Assembly (NCBI GenBank): GCA_947475295.1
Contig: CANJLF010000002.1
Location: forward strand, 120,690 to 184,689
Length of the DNA: 64,000 nt
Direction: 5' to 3'
Source: Fidelibacterota bacterium
Lineage (GTDB): Bacteria; Pseudomonadota; Alphaproteobacteria; Rhodospirillales; Rhodospirillaceae
In this document: positions 20,989 to 31,155 of the stretch, piece by piece
Numbering within the stretch: the first letter of the stretch is position 1
Layout of the letters: each line of letters begins with the position of its first letter
Translations under genes and position numbers: made by a program
Notes under the pieces: model-generated
What the model saw: only the letters and a program-made list of their open reading frames with translations
Told to the model about the DNA's origin: nothing
Database searches by the model: none

Positions 20989-21648
20989 TCAGACCAGATC
21001 GATCTGACTCGCGGGCGGCTTGCCCACGAGACGCTCGCGCACCGGCGCGAAGGAGCGGCGGTGATGCCGCGTCGCTCCCAGTCGCACGAGAGCTTCACAG
21101 TGCTCAGCCGTGCCGTAGCCCATGTTGGTTTCCCAGCCGTAGCCGGGATGCTGGGCGGCGAGACTCCGCATGAGGCGATCGCGCGTGACCTTGGCGATGA
21201 CCGAGGCTGCGGCGATGGAAAGACTTTTGCCGTCGCCTTCGACGATGGTCTCGACCGCGCAGGAGAGCGGCGGCGCGCGGTTGCCGTCCACCAGCGCGAC
21301 GGTGACGCTACGCCCCAGGGCCGCGACGGCGCGCGCCATGGCGCGGAAGGTGGCGTTGAGAATGTTGAAGCTGTCGATCTCGTGGACGTCGGCCTGACCC
21401 ACGCCGGTCACGGCCGTGCCGCAGGCGCACAACAGACCGTAGAGTTCCTCGCGCCGCGCGGGCGAAAGTTTTTTGGAATCATCCAAGCCCAGCAGCAGCT
21501 CCTTCGGTGTCTTTTTGTAATCCAGGATCACGGCGGCCGCGACGACTGGACCGGCGAGCGGCCCGCGGCCGGCCTCATCGACGCCGGCAACCACCGCATC
21601 GGGTGAGCGCTTCAGAACAGCGCGTTCAAATTTGAAGCTCGGCGGCAC
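20989..21648 (-). CDS. rnhB: ribonuclease HII
   Basis: VAGVDEAGRGPLAGPVVAAAV and ...DSKKLS... motifs. Confidence 0.9.
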   Translation of the reverse strand: MPPSFKFERAVLKRSPDAVVAGVDEAGRGPLAGPVVAAAVILDYKKTPKELLLGLDDSKKLSPARREELYGLLCACGTAVTGVGQADVHEIDSFNILNATFRAMARAVAALGRSVTVALVDGNRAPPLSCAVETIVEGDGKSLSIAAASVIAKVTRDRLMRSLAAQHPGYGWETNMGYGTAEHCEALVRLGATRHHRRSFAPVRERLVGKPPASQIDLV

Positions 21649-21664
21649 GGCTATCCGTTCATCT

Positions 21665-22201
21665 TTATTTGTTTCCCTGGGCCGCGCGCCATTTTTTGAC
21701 GGCGGCCATGGTGTTGGCGACGTGCTTGTCGGGAGCGAGCGCGGTGTAGGAATAGATCACCTTACCATCGGGCGTGATGACATAGGACGTGCGGTTGGCA
21801 TAGGAGAATAGCAGCGCCGCATCGTAGGACTTGATGATCTTGCCGTCCTTGTCGGCGCCGACCGGAAACTTGCTCTGGCACTCGCTGACCGAGAACTTGT
21901 TTAGGGTGGCGATATCGTCGTTGGAGATGCCGATGACGCTGGCGCCCAGCGCCTTGAATTCATCGGTAGCGGCGGCGAAGTCGTGAGCTTCGACCGTGCA
22001 GCCCGAAGTGAAGGCCTTGGGGTAGAAGTAAAGCACGACCGGGCCGCTTTTCAGCGCATCGGCCAGCGTGAAGGTGAACTCCTTGCCGCCCAGCGAAGCC
22101 TGCGTCGTGAACATCGGCGCAAGCGCGCCGTCCTTCAGCGCGGCCTCGGCCGGCAGGCCAAGAATGCCGGCGAGCAATGCATATAGGAACCCCCGCTTCA
22201 C
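21665..22201 (-). CDS. secreted peroxiredoxin (AhpC/TSA, Bcp-like)
   Basis: Signal peptide MKRGFLYALLAGILGLPAEA. YFYPKAFTSGCTVEAHDF catalytic Cys motif. Confidence 0.85.
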   Translation of the reverse strand: MKRGFLYALLAGILGLPAEAALKDGALAPMFTTQASLGGKEFTFTLADALKSGPVVLYFYPKAFTSGCTVEAHDFAAATDEFKALGASVIGISNDDIATLNKFSVSECQSKFPVGADKDGKIIKSYDAALLFSYANRTSYVITPDGKVIYSYTALAPDKHVANTMAAVKKWRAAQGNK

Positions 22202-22202
22202 G

Positions 22203-22745
22203 TCAGGCGCCTTTCCTCAAATGTTCTTTCAGGCGCGGCATCAACTCGACGAAGTTACAGGGCTTGTGACGGCTGTCGAGCTGGTACTTGAGGATTTCAT
22301 CCCAGCCATCTTTGCACGCGCTGGGGGAGCCGGGCAGCGCGAAAAGATAGGTGCCGTTGGCCACACCGGCCGTGGCGCGCGATTGCACGGCGGATGTGCC
22401 GATGCTTTTCAGGCTGACCCAGCGGAATAGCTCGCCGAAGCCGGGGATTTCCTTCTCCCATACCTGCGCAAAGGCTTCGGGTGTCACATCGCGGCCCGTA
22501 ACCCCGGTACCGCCCGAGGTGATGATGCAATCGACCTTGGGGTCATCGATCCACTGCTTCAGTTTGGCGGCGATCAGACCGACATCGTCTTTGATGATCG
22601 CGCGTTCGGCGAGTTTATGTCCGGCGGAGGTGAAGCGTTCCACTAGCGCATCGCCGGACGTATCGTTGGCGGGCACGCGCGTATCGGACACCGTCATGAT
22701 GGCGATGTTGATTGGCAGGAATATTTTGTTTTGATCGATGCTCAT
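22203..22745 (-). CDS. moaB: molybdenum cofactor biosynthesis protein B
   Basis: [10 protein letters not shown]...[17 protein letters not shown] MoaB/Mog pattern. Confidence 0.8.
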   Translation of the reverse strand: MSIDQNKIFLPINIAIMTVSDTRVPANDTSGDALVERFTSAGHKLAERAIIKDDVGLIAAKLKQWIDDPKVDCIITSGGTGVTGRDVTPEAFAQVWEKEIPGFGELFRWVSLKSIGTSAVQSRATAGVANGTYLFALPGSPSACKDGWDEILKYQLDSRHKPCNFVELMPRLKEHLRKGA

Positions 22746-23563
22746 GTCTCGTCCTTAGCCTCATCCAATTTCTGTTTGATCGCCAGCAGGTCGCGCCAGG
22801 CGAAACGTTTTTGCTGCGGCGAGCGCAGCAGATAAGCCGGGTGAAATAACGCCATGGACGGAACCGGACGCGGTAGGCCCGGACTTTCGTAGTCATACCA
22901 GTGGCCGCGCAGCTTAGTTATGCCGACCGGCTTGCCAAGCAGCGTTTTGGCCGAAAGGCCGCCGACAAAAACCAGAACGGCTGGGTCCACCAGTTCGATG
23001 TGACGCACGACAAACGGCAGGCAGGACGCAATCTCTTCATCCGTCGGCGCGCGGTTGCCGGGCGGCCGCCAGAACACGACGTTGGTGATATAGGCGTTGG
23101 TGGCGCGGTCGAGGCCCACAGAGGCCAACATGCGGTCGAGCAACTTTCCCGATACGCCGACAAAGGGCAGCCCTTGCCGATCCTCGTCGGCGCCGGGCGC
23201 TTCGCCGATGAACATGACACGCGCCTCCGGATTACCGTCGGCGAATACCGTGCGGCTCGCGAACTGCTTCAGCCCGCAGCCGGTATAGGCTTCGACCGCC
23301 GCCTTTAACTCCTCCACCGTGTGCGTCGCCTGGGCAAGATGCGTGGCACTTGCGTCACTGCTTTGGACAGGAGCGGGAGCGCGCACCGGAGATGCGGGTG
23401 TCGCATTTATTTGCGGTGCGGACGGCGCAACAACAGGAACAGACTGAGCGGTCTTGAAGCGATCGACCGCGTGATCACCGACGGCCTCGTCCACACCCGC
23501 GTCCGCATACCAGCGCAGCAAGGCGGCGGGGTCGGAGGACAGGGTGTCGGCGGAAGGGGTCAT
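22742..23563 (-). CDS. uracil-DNA glycosylase, family 4, with ~90-aa N-terminal extension
   Basis: [19 protein letters not shown] and ...HPAYLLR motifs. ATGA-type overlap with moaB. Confidence 0.8.
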   Translation of the reverse strand: MTPSADTLSSDPAALLRWYADAGVDEAVGDHAVDRFKTAQSVPVVAPSAPQINATPASPVRAPAPVQSSDASATHLAQATHTVEELKAAVEAYTGCGLKQFASRTVFADGNPEARVMFIGEAPGADEDRQGLPFVGVSGKLLDRMLASVGLDRATNAYITNVVFWRPPGNRAPTDEEIASCLPFVVRHIELVDPAVLVFVGGLSAKTLLGKPVGITKLRGHWYDYESPGLPRPVPSMALFHPAYLLRSPQQKRFAWRDLLAIKQKLDEAKDET

Positions 23564-23655
23564 GGCTCGCGTCGTCTCTCAAAACAGCCCGGCACGGACG
23601 CTAAAGTCTAGCGTGATGGAGCACCGAGGCGGAGAGATAAAGCGCAGGCTGGCGA

Positions 23656-23961
23656 TCAAACAGCGGTGGGTTTGGCGTGAGCGGCGGCTTCTTGCGCCGT
23701 CAGGATGCGTTCGGCGGCCAGGGCCTTGCGGTAGAACCAGAAGCTGAACCACAGCATGATCGGCACACTGAGTGCGCCTGCCAGCTGCATGAGAATGACC
23801 ACATTATTCTCGCCCCACCGGATCGGCAGGATGCCCAAAGCCTCGGCCATCTCTTCGAACAGGCGGATAACGCCGAAACCGGCGACGGCAATCAGCACGC
23901 CCAGGGTACTGGCGAAGAGCACGGTGGTCAGAAGCGCGATAACGACGGGGTTCTTGCTCAC
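23656..23961 (-). CDS. small membrane protein, function unknown
   Basis: Three hydrophobic helices (VVIALLTTVLFASTLGVLIAVAGF, VVILMQLAGALSVPIMLWFSFWF). Coding-like codon bias. Confidence 0.5.
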   Translation of the reverse strand: MSKNPVVIALLTTVLFASTLGVLIAVAGFGVIRLFEEMAEALGILPIRWGENNVVILMQLAGALSVPIMLWFSFWFYRKALAAERILTAQEAAAHAKPTAV

Positions 23962-24030
23962 AGTTCATCCTTAATGGGGCCGGGGCTCAACCGGCCCGTT
24001 TTTGCCCCAGACAGCCAGCCGAGGCAAGGG

Positions 24031-24199
24031 CTAGGGGGTCCGATTCTAACATTCGCATCCCAGTTCGGCGGGCTATCTTGCGAATGTTAGAATCAAAGGA
24101 CCCCTAGCAATCTATACGATCTCGTGGAGCTTAGGATTTGACATTCGCTTCAGGGTCTCGCCGTCGGGCTAGACGCGAATGTCAAATCCGCTCCACGAG
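24031..24199. repeat. 169-nt double-hairpin intergenic repeat element, copy 1 (hairpin A 24031-24107, hairpin B 24121-24199)
   Basis: A is CTAGGGGGTCCGATTCTAACATTCGCA...TGCGAATGTTAGAATCAAAGGACCCCTAG. B is CTCGTGGAGCTTAGGATTTGACATTCGC...GCGAATGTCAAATCCGCTCCACGAG. A reverse-complement copy lies at 51582-51749. Confidence 0.85.
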
Positions 24200-24327
24200 G
24201 GGCCCAAACCCATTGAAAGACTTGGAGAAGCCCGGGTGGCGGGGTATCCTAACCCCTTGCCACAATGATGGGATTGGCGTCGCGTGGGACGCCTTACCGG
24301 ACGGCCTAGCCGGCCAAGCAGGGTGGG

Positions 24328-25989
24328 ATGAGCGAACGCGAAGCAATGGAATTCGATGTGGTGGTGGTCGGCGCCGGCCCCGCCGGTCTATCCGCCGCGA
24401 TCCGCCTGAAGCAGTTGGCCGCCGCAGGCGACCACGACATCACGGTCTGTGTCATTGAAAAGGGCTCCGAGGTCGGCGCCCATATCCTATCGGGCGCGGT
24501 CATCGATCCTATCGCCCTCAATGAACTGATCCCCGATTGGAAAGACAAAGGCGCGCCGCTCAACACACCCGTCACCGACGACCACTTCCTGTATCTGACC
24601 GAGACCGGCTCGATCCGCTTTCCGAATTTTTTGATGCCGCCCTTGATGAACAATCACGGCAACTACGTTGTCAGCCTTGGCAACGTGTGCCGCTGGCTTG
24701 CGACCCAGGCCGAAGCCATGGGCATTGAAATCTATCCCGGCTTCGCGGCGGCGGAAGTGCTCTACGACGAAGCCGGCGCGGTGCGCGGCGTCGCCACCGG
24801 CGACATGGGCATCGGCCGTGATGGCGAGAAGACCGATCATTACGAGCCCGGCATCGAATTGCACGCCAAGTACACGCTGATTGCCGAAGGCGTGCGCGGA
24901 TCGCTGGCCAAAATGCTCATCGCCAAGTTCAACCTGGCCAAAAACAGCGACGTGCCGAAGTTCGGCATCGGCATCAAGGAACTTTGGGAAATCGAGCCTG
25001 CGAAGCACAAGCCGGGCCTGGTGACGCATACCATGGGCTGGCCCTTGGACAGTTCCACCGGCGGCGGCTCGTTCATGTATCACGCCGAGAACAACCAGGT
25101 CGCCATCGGCTTTGTGCTGCATCTGAACTACAAGAACCCTTATCTCTCGCCCTTCGACGAGTTCCAGCGCTTCAAACATCATCCCGCCATCAAGCCGACG
25201 CTGGAAGGCGGACGGCGCATCTCCTACGGCGCGCGCGCCATCACCGAAGGCGGATTCCAGTCGGTGCCGAAGCTGACGTTCCCCGGAGGTGCGTTGATCG
25301 GCTGTTCGGCGGGTTTTGTGAACGTGCCGCGCATCAAAGGCAGCCACAACGCCATGAAGACCGGCATGATGGCGGCCGAAGCGGCCTTCGCGGCGGTCAA
25401 GGCCGGACGTTCACGCGACGAGTTGACCGACTATCCGGCGGCTTACCGCAAGAGCTGGGTCTACAAAGACCTGAAGCGCGTGCGCAACGTGAAGCCCTTG
25501 TGGAGCAAACTGGGCTTGCACATGGGACTGATGGTCGGCGGCCTCGATATGTGGATGAACCAGCTGGGCATCGGACTGCCGTTCACACTCGGCCACGGTA
25601 AGGCCGATGATGCGACGCTGCTGCCGGCCGCCAAGGCCACGCCTATCGCCTATCCCAAGCCCGACGGGAAAATTTCCTTCGATAAACTGTCCTCGGTGTT
25701 CATCTCCAACACCAACCACGAGGAAAACCAGCCGATCCACCTGAAGCTCACCGACCCCGCCATCCCGATTGCCGTTAACCTGCCCCTGTGGGCGGAGCCC
25801 GCGCAGCGCTATTGCCCGGCGGGGGTCTATGAAGTCGTCGATATGGACGGCGGAGGCGGCGGAAAACGCTTTCAAATCAATGCCCAAAACTGCGTTCACT
25901 GCAAGACCTGCGATATCAAGGACCCCAGCCGCAACATCACCTGGACGGTGCCACAGGGCGGCGGCGGCCCGAACTATCCAAATATGTAA
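24328..25989 (+). CDS. electron-transfer flavoprotein:ubiquinone oxidoreductase
   Basis: FDVVVVGAGPAGLSAAIRL FAD fold. C-terminal 4Fe-4S region CPAGVYE...NCVHCKTCDIKDP...W..P.GGGGP.Y..M. Confidence 0.9.
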   Translation: MSEREAMEFDVVVVGAGPAGLSAAIRLKQLAAAGDHDITVCVIEKGSEVGAHILSGAVIDPIALNELIPDWKDKGAPLNTPVTDDHFLYLTETGSIRFPNFLMPPLMNNHGNYVVSLGNVCRWLATQAEAMGIEIYPGFAAAEVLYDEAGAVRGVATGDMGIGRDGEKTDHYEPGIELHAKYTLIAEGVRGSLAKMLIAKFNLAKNSDVPKFGIGIKELWEIEPAKHKPGLVTHTMGWPLDSSTGGGSFMYHAENNQVAIGFVLHLNYKNPYLSPFDEFQRFKHHPAIKPTLEGGRRISYGARAITEGGFQSVPKLTFPGGALIGCSAGFVNVPRIKGSHNAMKTGMMAAEAAFAAVKAGRSRDELTDYPAAYRKSWVYKDLKRVRNVKPLWSKLGLHMGLMVGGLDMWMNQLGIGLPFTLGHGKADDATLLPAAKATPIAYPKPDGKISFDKLSSVFISNTNHEENQPIHLKLTDPAIPIAVNLPLWAEPAQRYCPAGVYEVVDMDGGGGGKRFQINAQNCVHCKTCDIKDPSRNITWTVPQGGGGPNYPNM

Positions 25990-26121
25990 TCTGCCGAGGT
26001 CCCTTGATTACATGTCAGGGGTTTCCCGCGCGCGCCGGGGGCGGTTAAACTTGCGTCTTAATGACATAGGCCGCTTGGCGAATTTCGCGCGGTTATCTGC
26101 CCGAAGGGATATGATGGGACT

Positions 26122-27900
26122 ATGACTTTTGACAGCGCTCGTCTTGCGATCGAGACCGCCCTTAAACGGATCGGCTGGCCCCTGGGCCTCCTCATCGGAG
26201 CGGTGCTCGCGGTCGCCATCGGCGCGGCCATCGGCGCCGGAACCACGGCCATGGCCGTCAGCGGCGATGTGCAGCAAAAACTTCAAGCCGCCGCGCCTTC
26301 GCCCAAAGCCGCCGGGCTGGCCGCCGCTTATCTCGCCGGACGTCATGCGGAGTCCTCCGCCCAAGGCAATACGGCGGTGGATTTCTATAACCGCGTCAAC
26401 GAACTCGACCCTGAAAATCTGACGCTGCTGCAGAACACCTATTTTCTCGCCGCGCAAAGCGGCGATTTCGCGACCGCCATTCCGGCCGCGCGGAAAGCTT
26501 ATGAAGTTGCGCCAACCCGCGGCATGGCGCCGGTCATCGTCGGGATCGACCACTTCAAGAAGGGCGAATACGACCAAGCTTTGACCTACCTTGAAAAGAC
26601 CACCGCGCAGTCCATGAACGGCTTCGCCTTGCCGCTAATGCGCGTCTGGGCGCTGGCGCCGATCCGCCCGGTGGAAAAGACCATGCAAGAGTTGGAGTTG
26701 CTGAAGGCGTTCCCCGACACCAGCGACGCCTACTATCTCATGAGCGGATTGCTGAACGAGTTCTATGGCCGCACGGATCAGGCGGTTGCGAACTACGAGG
26801 CCCTTGCCGCCAATATCGACAAGCAGCGGTTCTCGGTTTTGCGCGTTGTCGCCGAAGGCCTGCACCGCCTCGGGCGCAACGACGAGATCAAGGGGCTCTT
26901 TGAGCGTTTCATGAAGACGCATGGGTCTTCGCCGACGCTCGACGCTTACGCCGCCTCCATTCCGACCATGCCGACGCGCAAGATCACAGCAGCCGAGGGC
27001 ATGTCGGAAGCGATGTTCACCGCGTCCGAAATGCTGCTCATGAACGATCCCAATGAACTGCGGGCGCAGGTGTCGACGGCTTATGCGCAGGCCGCGCTTT
27101 ACCTAAATCCGGATCTGGATATCGCGCGCCGCTTTGTCGGCAGCACCCTGGCTGCCCGTGGGCGCTTTGCCGAGTCCAACGCCGTGCTGGCGAATATCAA
27201 ACCGTCCGTGCCGGGCTATCTCGACGTACAAATGCAGCGCGCCGAGAACCTGTTGCGCCTGGACCGTACTGAAGAGGCGATTGCAACTTTGCGCGACATC
27301 CTGAAGCAAAAGCCGAATTGGGCCGAGGCGCACGTCGCCTTGGGTGATATTCTGCGCGGCGAAAAGAAATATCCCGAAGCGGTCGCCGCCTACGACAGCG
27401 CAATTAAAGCCTCGCCCGAGGCCGAAGGTAACTGGGCGATCCACTATTCGCGCGGCATCGCCCTGGAGCGCGGCAAAAATTGGGACGCCGCCGAAAAGGA
27501 TTTCAGAAAGGCCCTGGAGCTCAGGCCCGACGATCCCAGCGTCCTCAATTACCTGGGATACTCGTATCTGGATCGCGGCGTGAAACTGCCCGAGGCGCGC
27601 AAGCTGATCGAAGGCGCCTTCAAGCAGCGCCCCAACGACGGCTACATCATCGATAGCTTCGGCTGGGCGTTATTCAAGAACGGCCAATATCAAGAAGCGG
27701 TGGAAAATCTTGAAAAGGCCATCGAAGCCACGCCCGCGGACGGGACCATCAACGAACACCTAGGCGATGCCTACTGGAAAGTCGGGCGGCGCAACGAGGC
27801 GCGCTTTCAGTGGCAGCGGGCGCTGCTCAGCGTCGAGCTTGACGAATCGCAACGCACCGCCATCCGCACCAAGCTGGAGCGTGGTCTGGCGCAGCAGTAG
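26122..27900 (+). CDS. TPR-repeat protein with N-terminal membrane anchor
   Basis: N-terminal hydrophobic helix. Repeated A..Y..A/L..P TPR-like units (e.g. AHVALGDILRGEKKYPEAVAAYDSAIKASP, EKDFRKALELRPDDPSVLNYLGY). Confidence 0.7.
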   Translation: MTFDSARLAIETALKRIGWPLGLLIGAVLAVAIGAAIGAGTTAMAVSGDVQQKLQAAAPSPKAAGLAAAYLAGRHAESSAQGNTAVDFYNRVNELDPENLTLLQNTYFLAAQSGDFATAIPAARKAYEVAPTRGMAPVIVGIDHFKKGEYDQALTYLEKTTAQSMNGFALPLMRVWALAPIRPVEKTMQELELLKAFPDTSDAYYLMSGLLNEFYGRTDQAVANYEALAANIDKQRFSVLRVVAEGLHRLGRNDEIKGLFERFMKTHGSSPTLDAYAASIPTMPTRKITAAEGMSEAMFTASEMLLMNDPNELRAQVSTAYAQAALYLNPDLDIARRFVGSTLAARGRFAESNAVLANIKPSVPGYLDVQMQRAENLLRLDRTEEAIATLRDILKQKPNWAEAHVALGDILRGEKKYPEAVAAYDSAIKASPEAEGNWAIHYSRGIALERGKNWDAAEKDFRKALELRPDDPSVLNYLGYSYLDRGVKLPEARKLIEGAFKQRPNDGYIIDSFGWALFKNGQYQEAVENLEKAIEATPADGTINEHLGDAYWKVGRRNEARFQWQRALLSVELDESQRTAIRTKLERGLAQQ

Positions 27901-27914
27901 CGGCGGCTCTGACG

Positions 27915-28817
27915 ATGGCAGCATCGGCACAGGCCGCGATCACCGTAACGGCGCCAGCCAAGATCAACCTGACCCTGCACGTCTGCGGACAGCGGGCCGA
28001 TAACTACCACCTGCTGGACTCATTGGTGGTCTTCGCGGGCGTCGGCGACCGCATCACGGTCTCACCAGCAGACCATCTACAGCTGAAGATGACCGGACCT
28101 TTCGGCGGAGCGCTGGCCAATGAGCCCGACAATCTTGTCTTGCGCGCCGCAAGGCTTTTGGCCGCGACCCACAAGGTCACACGCGGCGCGAACATCACTC
28201 TTGAGAAGAACCTGCCGGTGGCATCGGGCATCGGCGGCGGCTCGGCCGACGCGGCGGCGACCCTGGTCGCCTGCGGGCGTTTGTGGAATACGGGTCCGCT
28301 GACGCTCAAAGACACAGACATCGCCGCGGCTCTGGGCGCGGACGTACCGGTATGCTTGCGCGGCGTTCCCGCCTTTATGAGCGGTATCGGCGAAATCATC
28401 GAAGCTGCGCCGACGCTGCCCGAGGCCTGGCTGGTCCTCGTTAATCCAGGCGAGCCCTTGGCGACCAAAGCGGTCTTCGCCGCTCTTGCCGGACGGTTCT
28501 CGCCCGCCATGGCTCGGGACGGCTTCAAGACTCTGGCCGACGCGAAAAGCCTCGCCGATGCCCTCAAGCTTTACACGAACGACCTGGCGCTTCCCGCCCT
28601 GGAAATTCTGCCTTCCATCGCGGCGGTGCTTACGGCGCTGGAGGAAACCCCCGGCTGTCTCCTGGCGCGGCTGTCGGGCAGCGGACCCACCTGTTTCGGC
28701 CTGTTCGGGAACGGCGCGGCGGCGGCCACGGCGGCGGCCCAGCTCGCGGCGGCTCATCCCCGCTGGTGGGCCGTGGCGGCGCCCGTGTTAAAGCCGGGCA
28801 AACCCTCGGAATTGTGA
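27915..28817 (+). CDS. ispE: 4-diphosphocytidyl-2-C-methyl-D-erythritol kinase
   Basis: APAKINLTLHV...LEKNLPVASGIGGGSADAAA GHMP-kinase motif. Confidence 0.9.
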   Translation: MAASAQAAITVTAPAKINLTLHVCGQRADNYHLLDSLVVFAGVGDRITVSPADHLQLKMTGPFGGALANEPDNLVLRAARLLAATHKVTRGANITLEKNLPVASGIGGGSADAAATLVACGRLWNTGPLTLKDTDIAAALGADVPVCLRGVPAFMSGIGEIIEAAPTLPEAWLVLVNPGEPLATKAVFAALAGRFSPAMARDGFKTLADAKSLADALKLYTNDLALPALEILPSIAAVLTALEETPGCLLARLSGSGPTCFGLFGNGAAAATAAAQLAAAHPRWWAVAAPVLKPGKPSEL

Positions 28818-28841
28818 GTTGATTCAGACCGGCGGTGGCCT

Positions 28842-30938
28842 ATGTTCGCGTCCATGAAATGCCTTACCCGCTTCTTTATGCTTTGCGGCGCGGTGACCCT
28901 GATGGGCCTTTACGGGTCCGCCAGGGCTGAGACCGTCGTGCAGACCGAACAGGTCCGCGCCGAGATGACCGCCGAGCAGCCCACCGTGGCGCCGGGTGAA
29001 AGCCTTTGGGTGGCGCTGTCGCTGACCATTAAGCCGGGCTGGCATACTTATTGGCAGACGCCGGGCGACGCCGGCGCGCCGCCGGATATTCGCTGGAACC
29101 TGCCCGAGGGCGTCACCGCCGGGCCGATTCAATGGCCCGCACCCCACCGCATCGCCACCGCCGACCTTATGAGCTTCGGCTACAGCGAACACATGACGAT
29201 GCTGACCGAGTTGAAGGTCGCCCCTAACGCAGCGCCTTCGGACATAACACTGCAAGCTGACTCGACCTGGTATGTTTGCGCCGACGTGTGCATTCCCGAA
29301 GACGGCAGCTTCGCGCTGCCGATCAAGATCACGCCTGCGAGCGCCCACGTGAGCACCGCCGCCGGCGCGGCCATCGCCGCCGCCCGCGCGGAATTGCCCA
29401 AGCCGGCGCCGTGGCCCGTCGCGCTCGCGCGCAGCGGCAAGACGCTGACGCTGATGGCGGGTCCCGATGTGGGCGCCGATAAATTTTCCGAAGTGGCGTT
29501 TTTCCCGGTGGAGGAAGGCGTCCTCGCCAATGCCGCGCCGCAAACCGCCGCGATTGAAAACCGCGCCTTGCGTCTGACCATGACGACGGGCGCTGCCGCA
29601 CCCGCCAATGTCTCGGGCCTCCTCGTGCTGCAGAACGGCGATGAGCGTGTCGGCTACACCGTCGCGGCCGCCATCACCGGTTCGGCCAGTGCCGTGAATA
29701 CGGAAGCTGCATCGGCCGTTGCCGTCATGCCGTTGGCTTTTGCGTTAGCGCTCGCATTCCTCGGCGGCATCATCCTCAACGTCATGCCGTGCGTGCTGCC
29801 GGTGCTGGTGATGAAAGCCATGAGCTTCATCTCGCGCGGGTCAGACGATGCCGCCGCCCTGCGCCGCGACGGTCTGGCTTATACGGCCGGCGTCATGGTC
29901 ACCTTCGGCGCGCTTGTGGGCTCACTGCTGGCATTGCGCGCCGCGGGCGATGCCATCGGCTGGGGCTTTCAGTTGCAGTCGCCGATTTTTGTCGCCGGAA
30001 TCGTTTACGTCATGCTGGCCTTGGGCCTCAACCTGTCGGGCGTGTTCAACGTTGGCGGCAGCGTCATGGGTGTCGGCCAGGAACTGACCTCAAAAGGCGG
30101 CGTGACCGGCGCGTTCTTTACCGGCTTGCTCGCGGTGGTGGTCGCGACGCCCTGCACCGCGCCCTTCATGGGCACGGCCATCGGCTTCGCCTTGACCCAA
30201 TCGCCGCTCGAAGCGATCCTGATCTTCGAAGCGCTCGCCCTCGGTCTCGCCGCGCCCTATCTCCTGATTACCTTTGTGCCTGACATGGCGCGTAAGTTGC
30301 CGCGCCCCGGCGTCTGGATGGATCGCGTCAAGCAGATCCTGGCCTTCCCGCTTTACGCCGCCGCCGCGTGGTTTCTGTGGGTGCTGGCGCAGCAGGTGGA
30401 CGCCATCATGCTCGCCAACGCGCTGGCCGCGCTCGTCCTCATTGGCTTTATCGCCTGGCTGTGGGGACTGTCGCAGAAAACGTCCGGCATGGCGCGCGGC
30501 TTTGCCCTGGGGACCGCCGCTGTGGCCTTCGCCGCAACCATTGCCCTCACGGCCCCCTTGAAGCCGATGGAAGCCCCCGCCGCCGGCGCTCAAGCCGGCG
30601 CCAACTTTGAGCCCTATTCGGAAGTCCGCCTCGCCGCCCTGCGCGCCGAAGGCCGGCCGGTCTTTATCAACTTCACCGCCGCCTGGTGCATCACCTGCAA
30701 GGTGAACGAGCGGATCGCCCTGTCCAAAACCGACGTGGAAAGCGCCTTTAAACGCGCCAATGTCGCGTACATGAAGGGCGACTGGACCAACCGCAATGCC
30801 GAGATCAGCGCGGCCCTGCGGGCCGTGGGACGCGACGGCGTGCCGCTCTATCTCTATTACGCGCCCGGCGCCACCGCGCCTGTCATCCTGCCGCAGGTAC
30901 TGACCCCGGGCATGGTCATTTCGGCCATCGGCGGCTGA
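28842..30938 (+). CDS. dsbD: DsbD-family thiol:disulfide interchange / protein-disulfide reductase
   Basis: Signal peptide. Periplasmic N-domain (IKPGWHTYW...WPAP). Multi-TM core with LNVMPCVLPVL and ATPCTAPFMG. C-terminal thioredoxin FINFTAAWCITCK. Confidence 0.8.
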   Translation: MFASMKCLTRFFMLCGAVTLMGLYGSARAETVVQTEQVRAEMTAEQPTVAPGESLWVALSLTIKPGWHTYWQTPGDAGAPPDIRWNLPEGVTAGPIQWPAPHRIATADLMSFGYSEHMTMLTELKVAPNAAPSDITLQADSTWYVCADVCIPEDGSFALPIKITPASAHVSTAAGAAIAAARAELPKPAPWPVALARSGKTLTLMAGPDVGADKFSEVAFFPVEEGVLANAAPQTAAIENRALRLTMTTGAAAPANVSGLLVLQNGDERVGYTVAAAITGSASAVNTEAASAVAVMPLAFALALAFLGGIILNVMPCVLPVLVMKAMSFISRGSDDAAALRRDGLAYTAGVMVTFGALVGSLLALRAAGDAIGWGFQLQSPIFVAGIVYVMLALGLNLSGVFNVGGSVMGVGQELTSKGGVTGAFFTGLLAVVVATPCTAPFMGTAIGFALTQSPLEAILIFEALALGLAAPYLLITFVPDMARKLPRPGVWMDRVKQILAFPLYAAAAWFLWVLAQQVDAIMLANALAALVLIGFIAWLWGLSQKTSGMARGFALGTAAVAFAATIALTAPLKPMEAPAAGAQAGANFEPYSEVRLAALRAEGRPVFINFTAAWCITCKVNERIALSKTDVESAFKRANVAYMKGDWTNRNAEISAALRAVGRDGVPLYLYYAPGATAPVILPQVLTPGMVISAIGG

Positions 30939-31021
30939 AAGGCCTATCCCCGGGCAAACTTTCTCCGTTGCGAGAACGGCCCAATTTCCCTAATGTCCCG
31001 CCGCTTCCCACGGGATGCAAT

Positions 31022-31095
31022 TGGGGCGTCGCCAAGCGGTAAGGCAGCGGTTTTTGGTACCGCCATCCTAGGTTCGATTCCTAGCGCCCCAGCCA
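31022..31095 (+). tRNA. tRNA-Gln (anticodon UUG), CCA encoded
   Basis: Hand-folded cloverleaf: acceptor TGGGGCG/CGCCCCA, D stem GCC/GGC, anticodon stem GCGGT/ACCGC with loop TTTTGGT, T arm CTAGG-TTCGATT-CCTAG, then discriminator G plus CCA. Confidence 0.9.
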
Positions 31096-31155
31096 TCCAA
31101 TCCAATTCCCCGGACCACCCTCCCCGGGTTGGTTCTCCGTCAGTGAACCGCGCGT

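Noticed and set aside
23975-24005. Hairpin GGCCGG-N7-CCGGCC followed by a T-run on the + strand
   Set aside because: It looks like a terminator, but no + strand gene ends upstream of it. It sits in the 5' region of a minus-strand gene. There is too little evidence to assign a role.
24138-24458. 106-aa ORF spanning repeat hairpin B (and the 75-aa ORF at 51434-51661 over the second copy)
   Set aside because: They run through the palindromic repeat arms and into the neighbouring gene's frame. The two copies are in opposite orientation and would encode unrelated peptides, so the conserved feature is the structure, not a protein.
31096-31155. attL/attR-type direct repeat of the tRNA-Gln 3' end, or an integrase defining a genomic island
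   Set aside because: No second copy of the tRNA 3' segment and no integrase or recombinase ORF was seen anywhere in the window.
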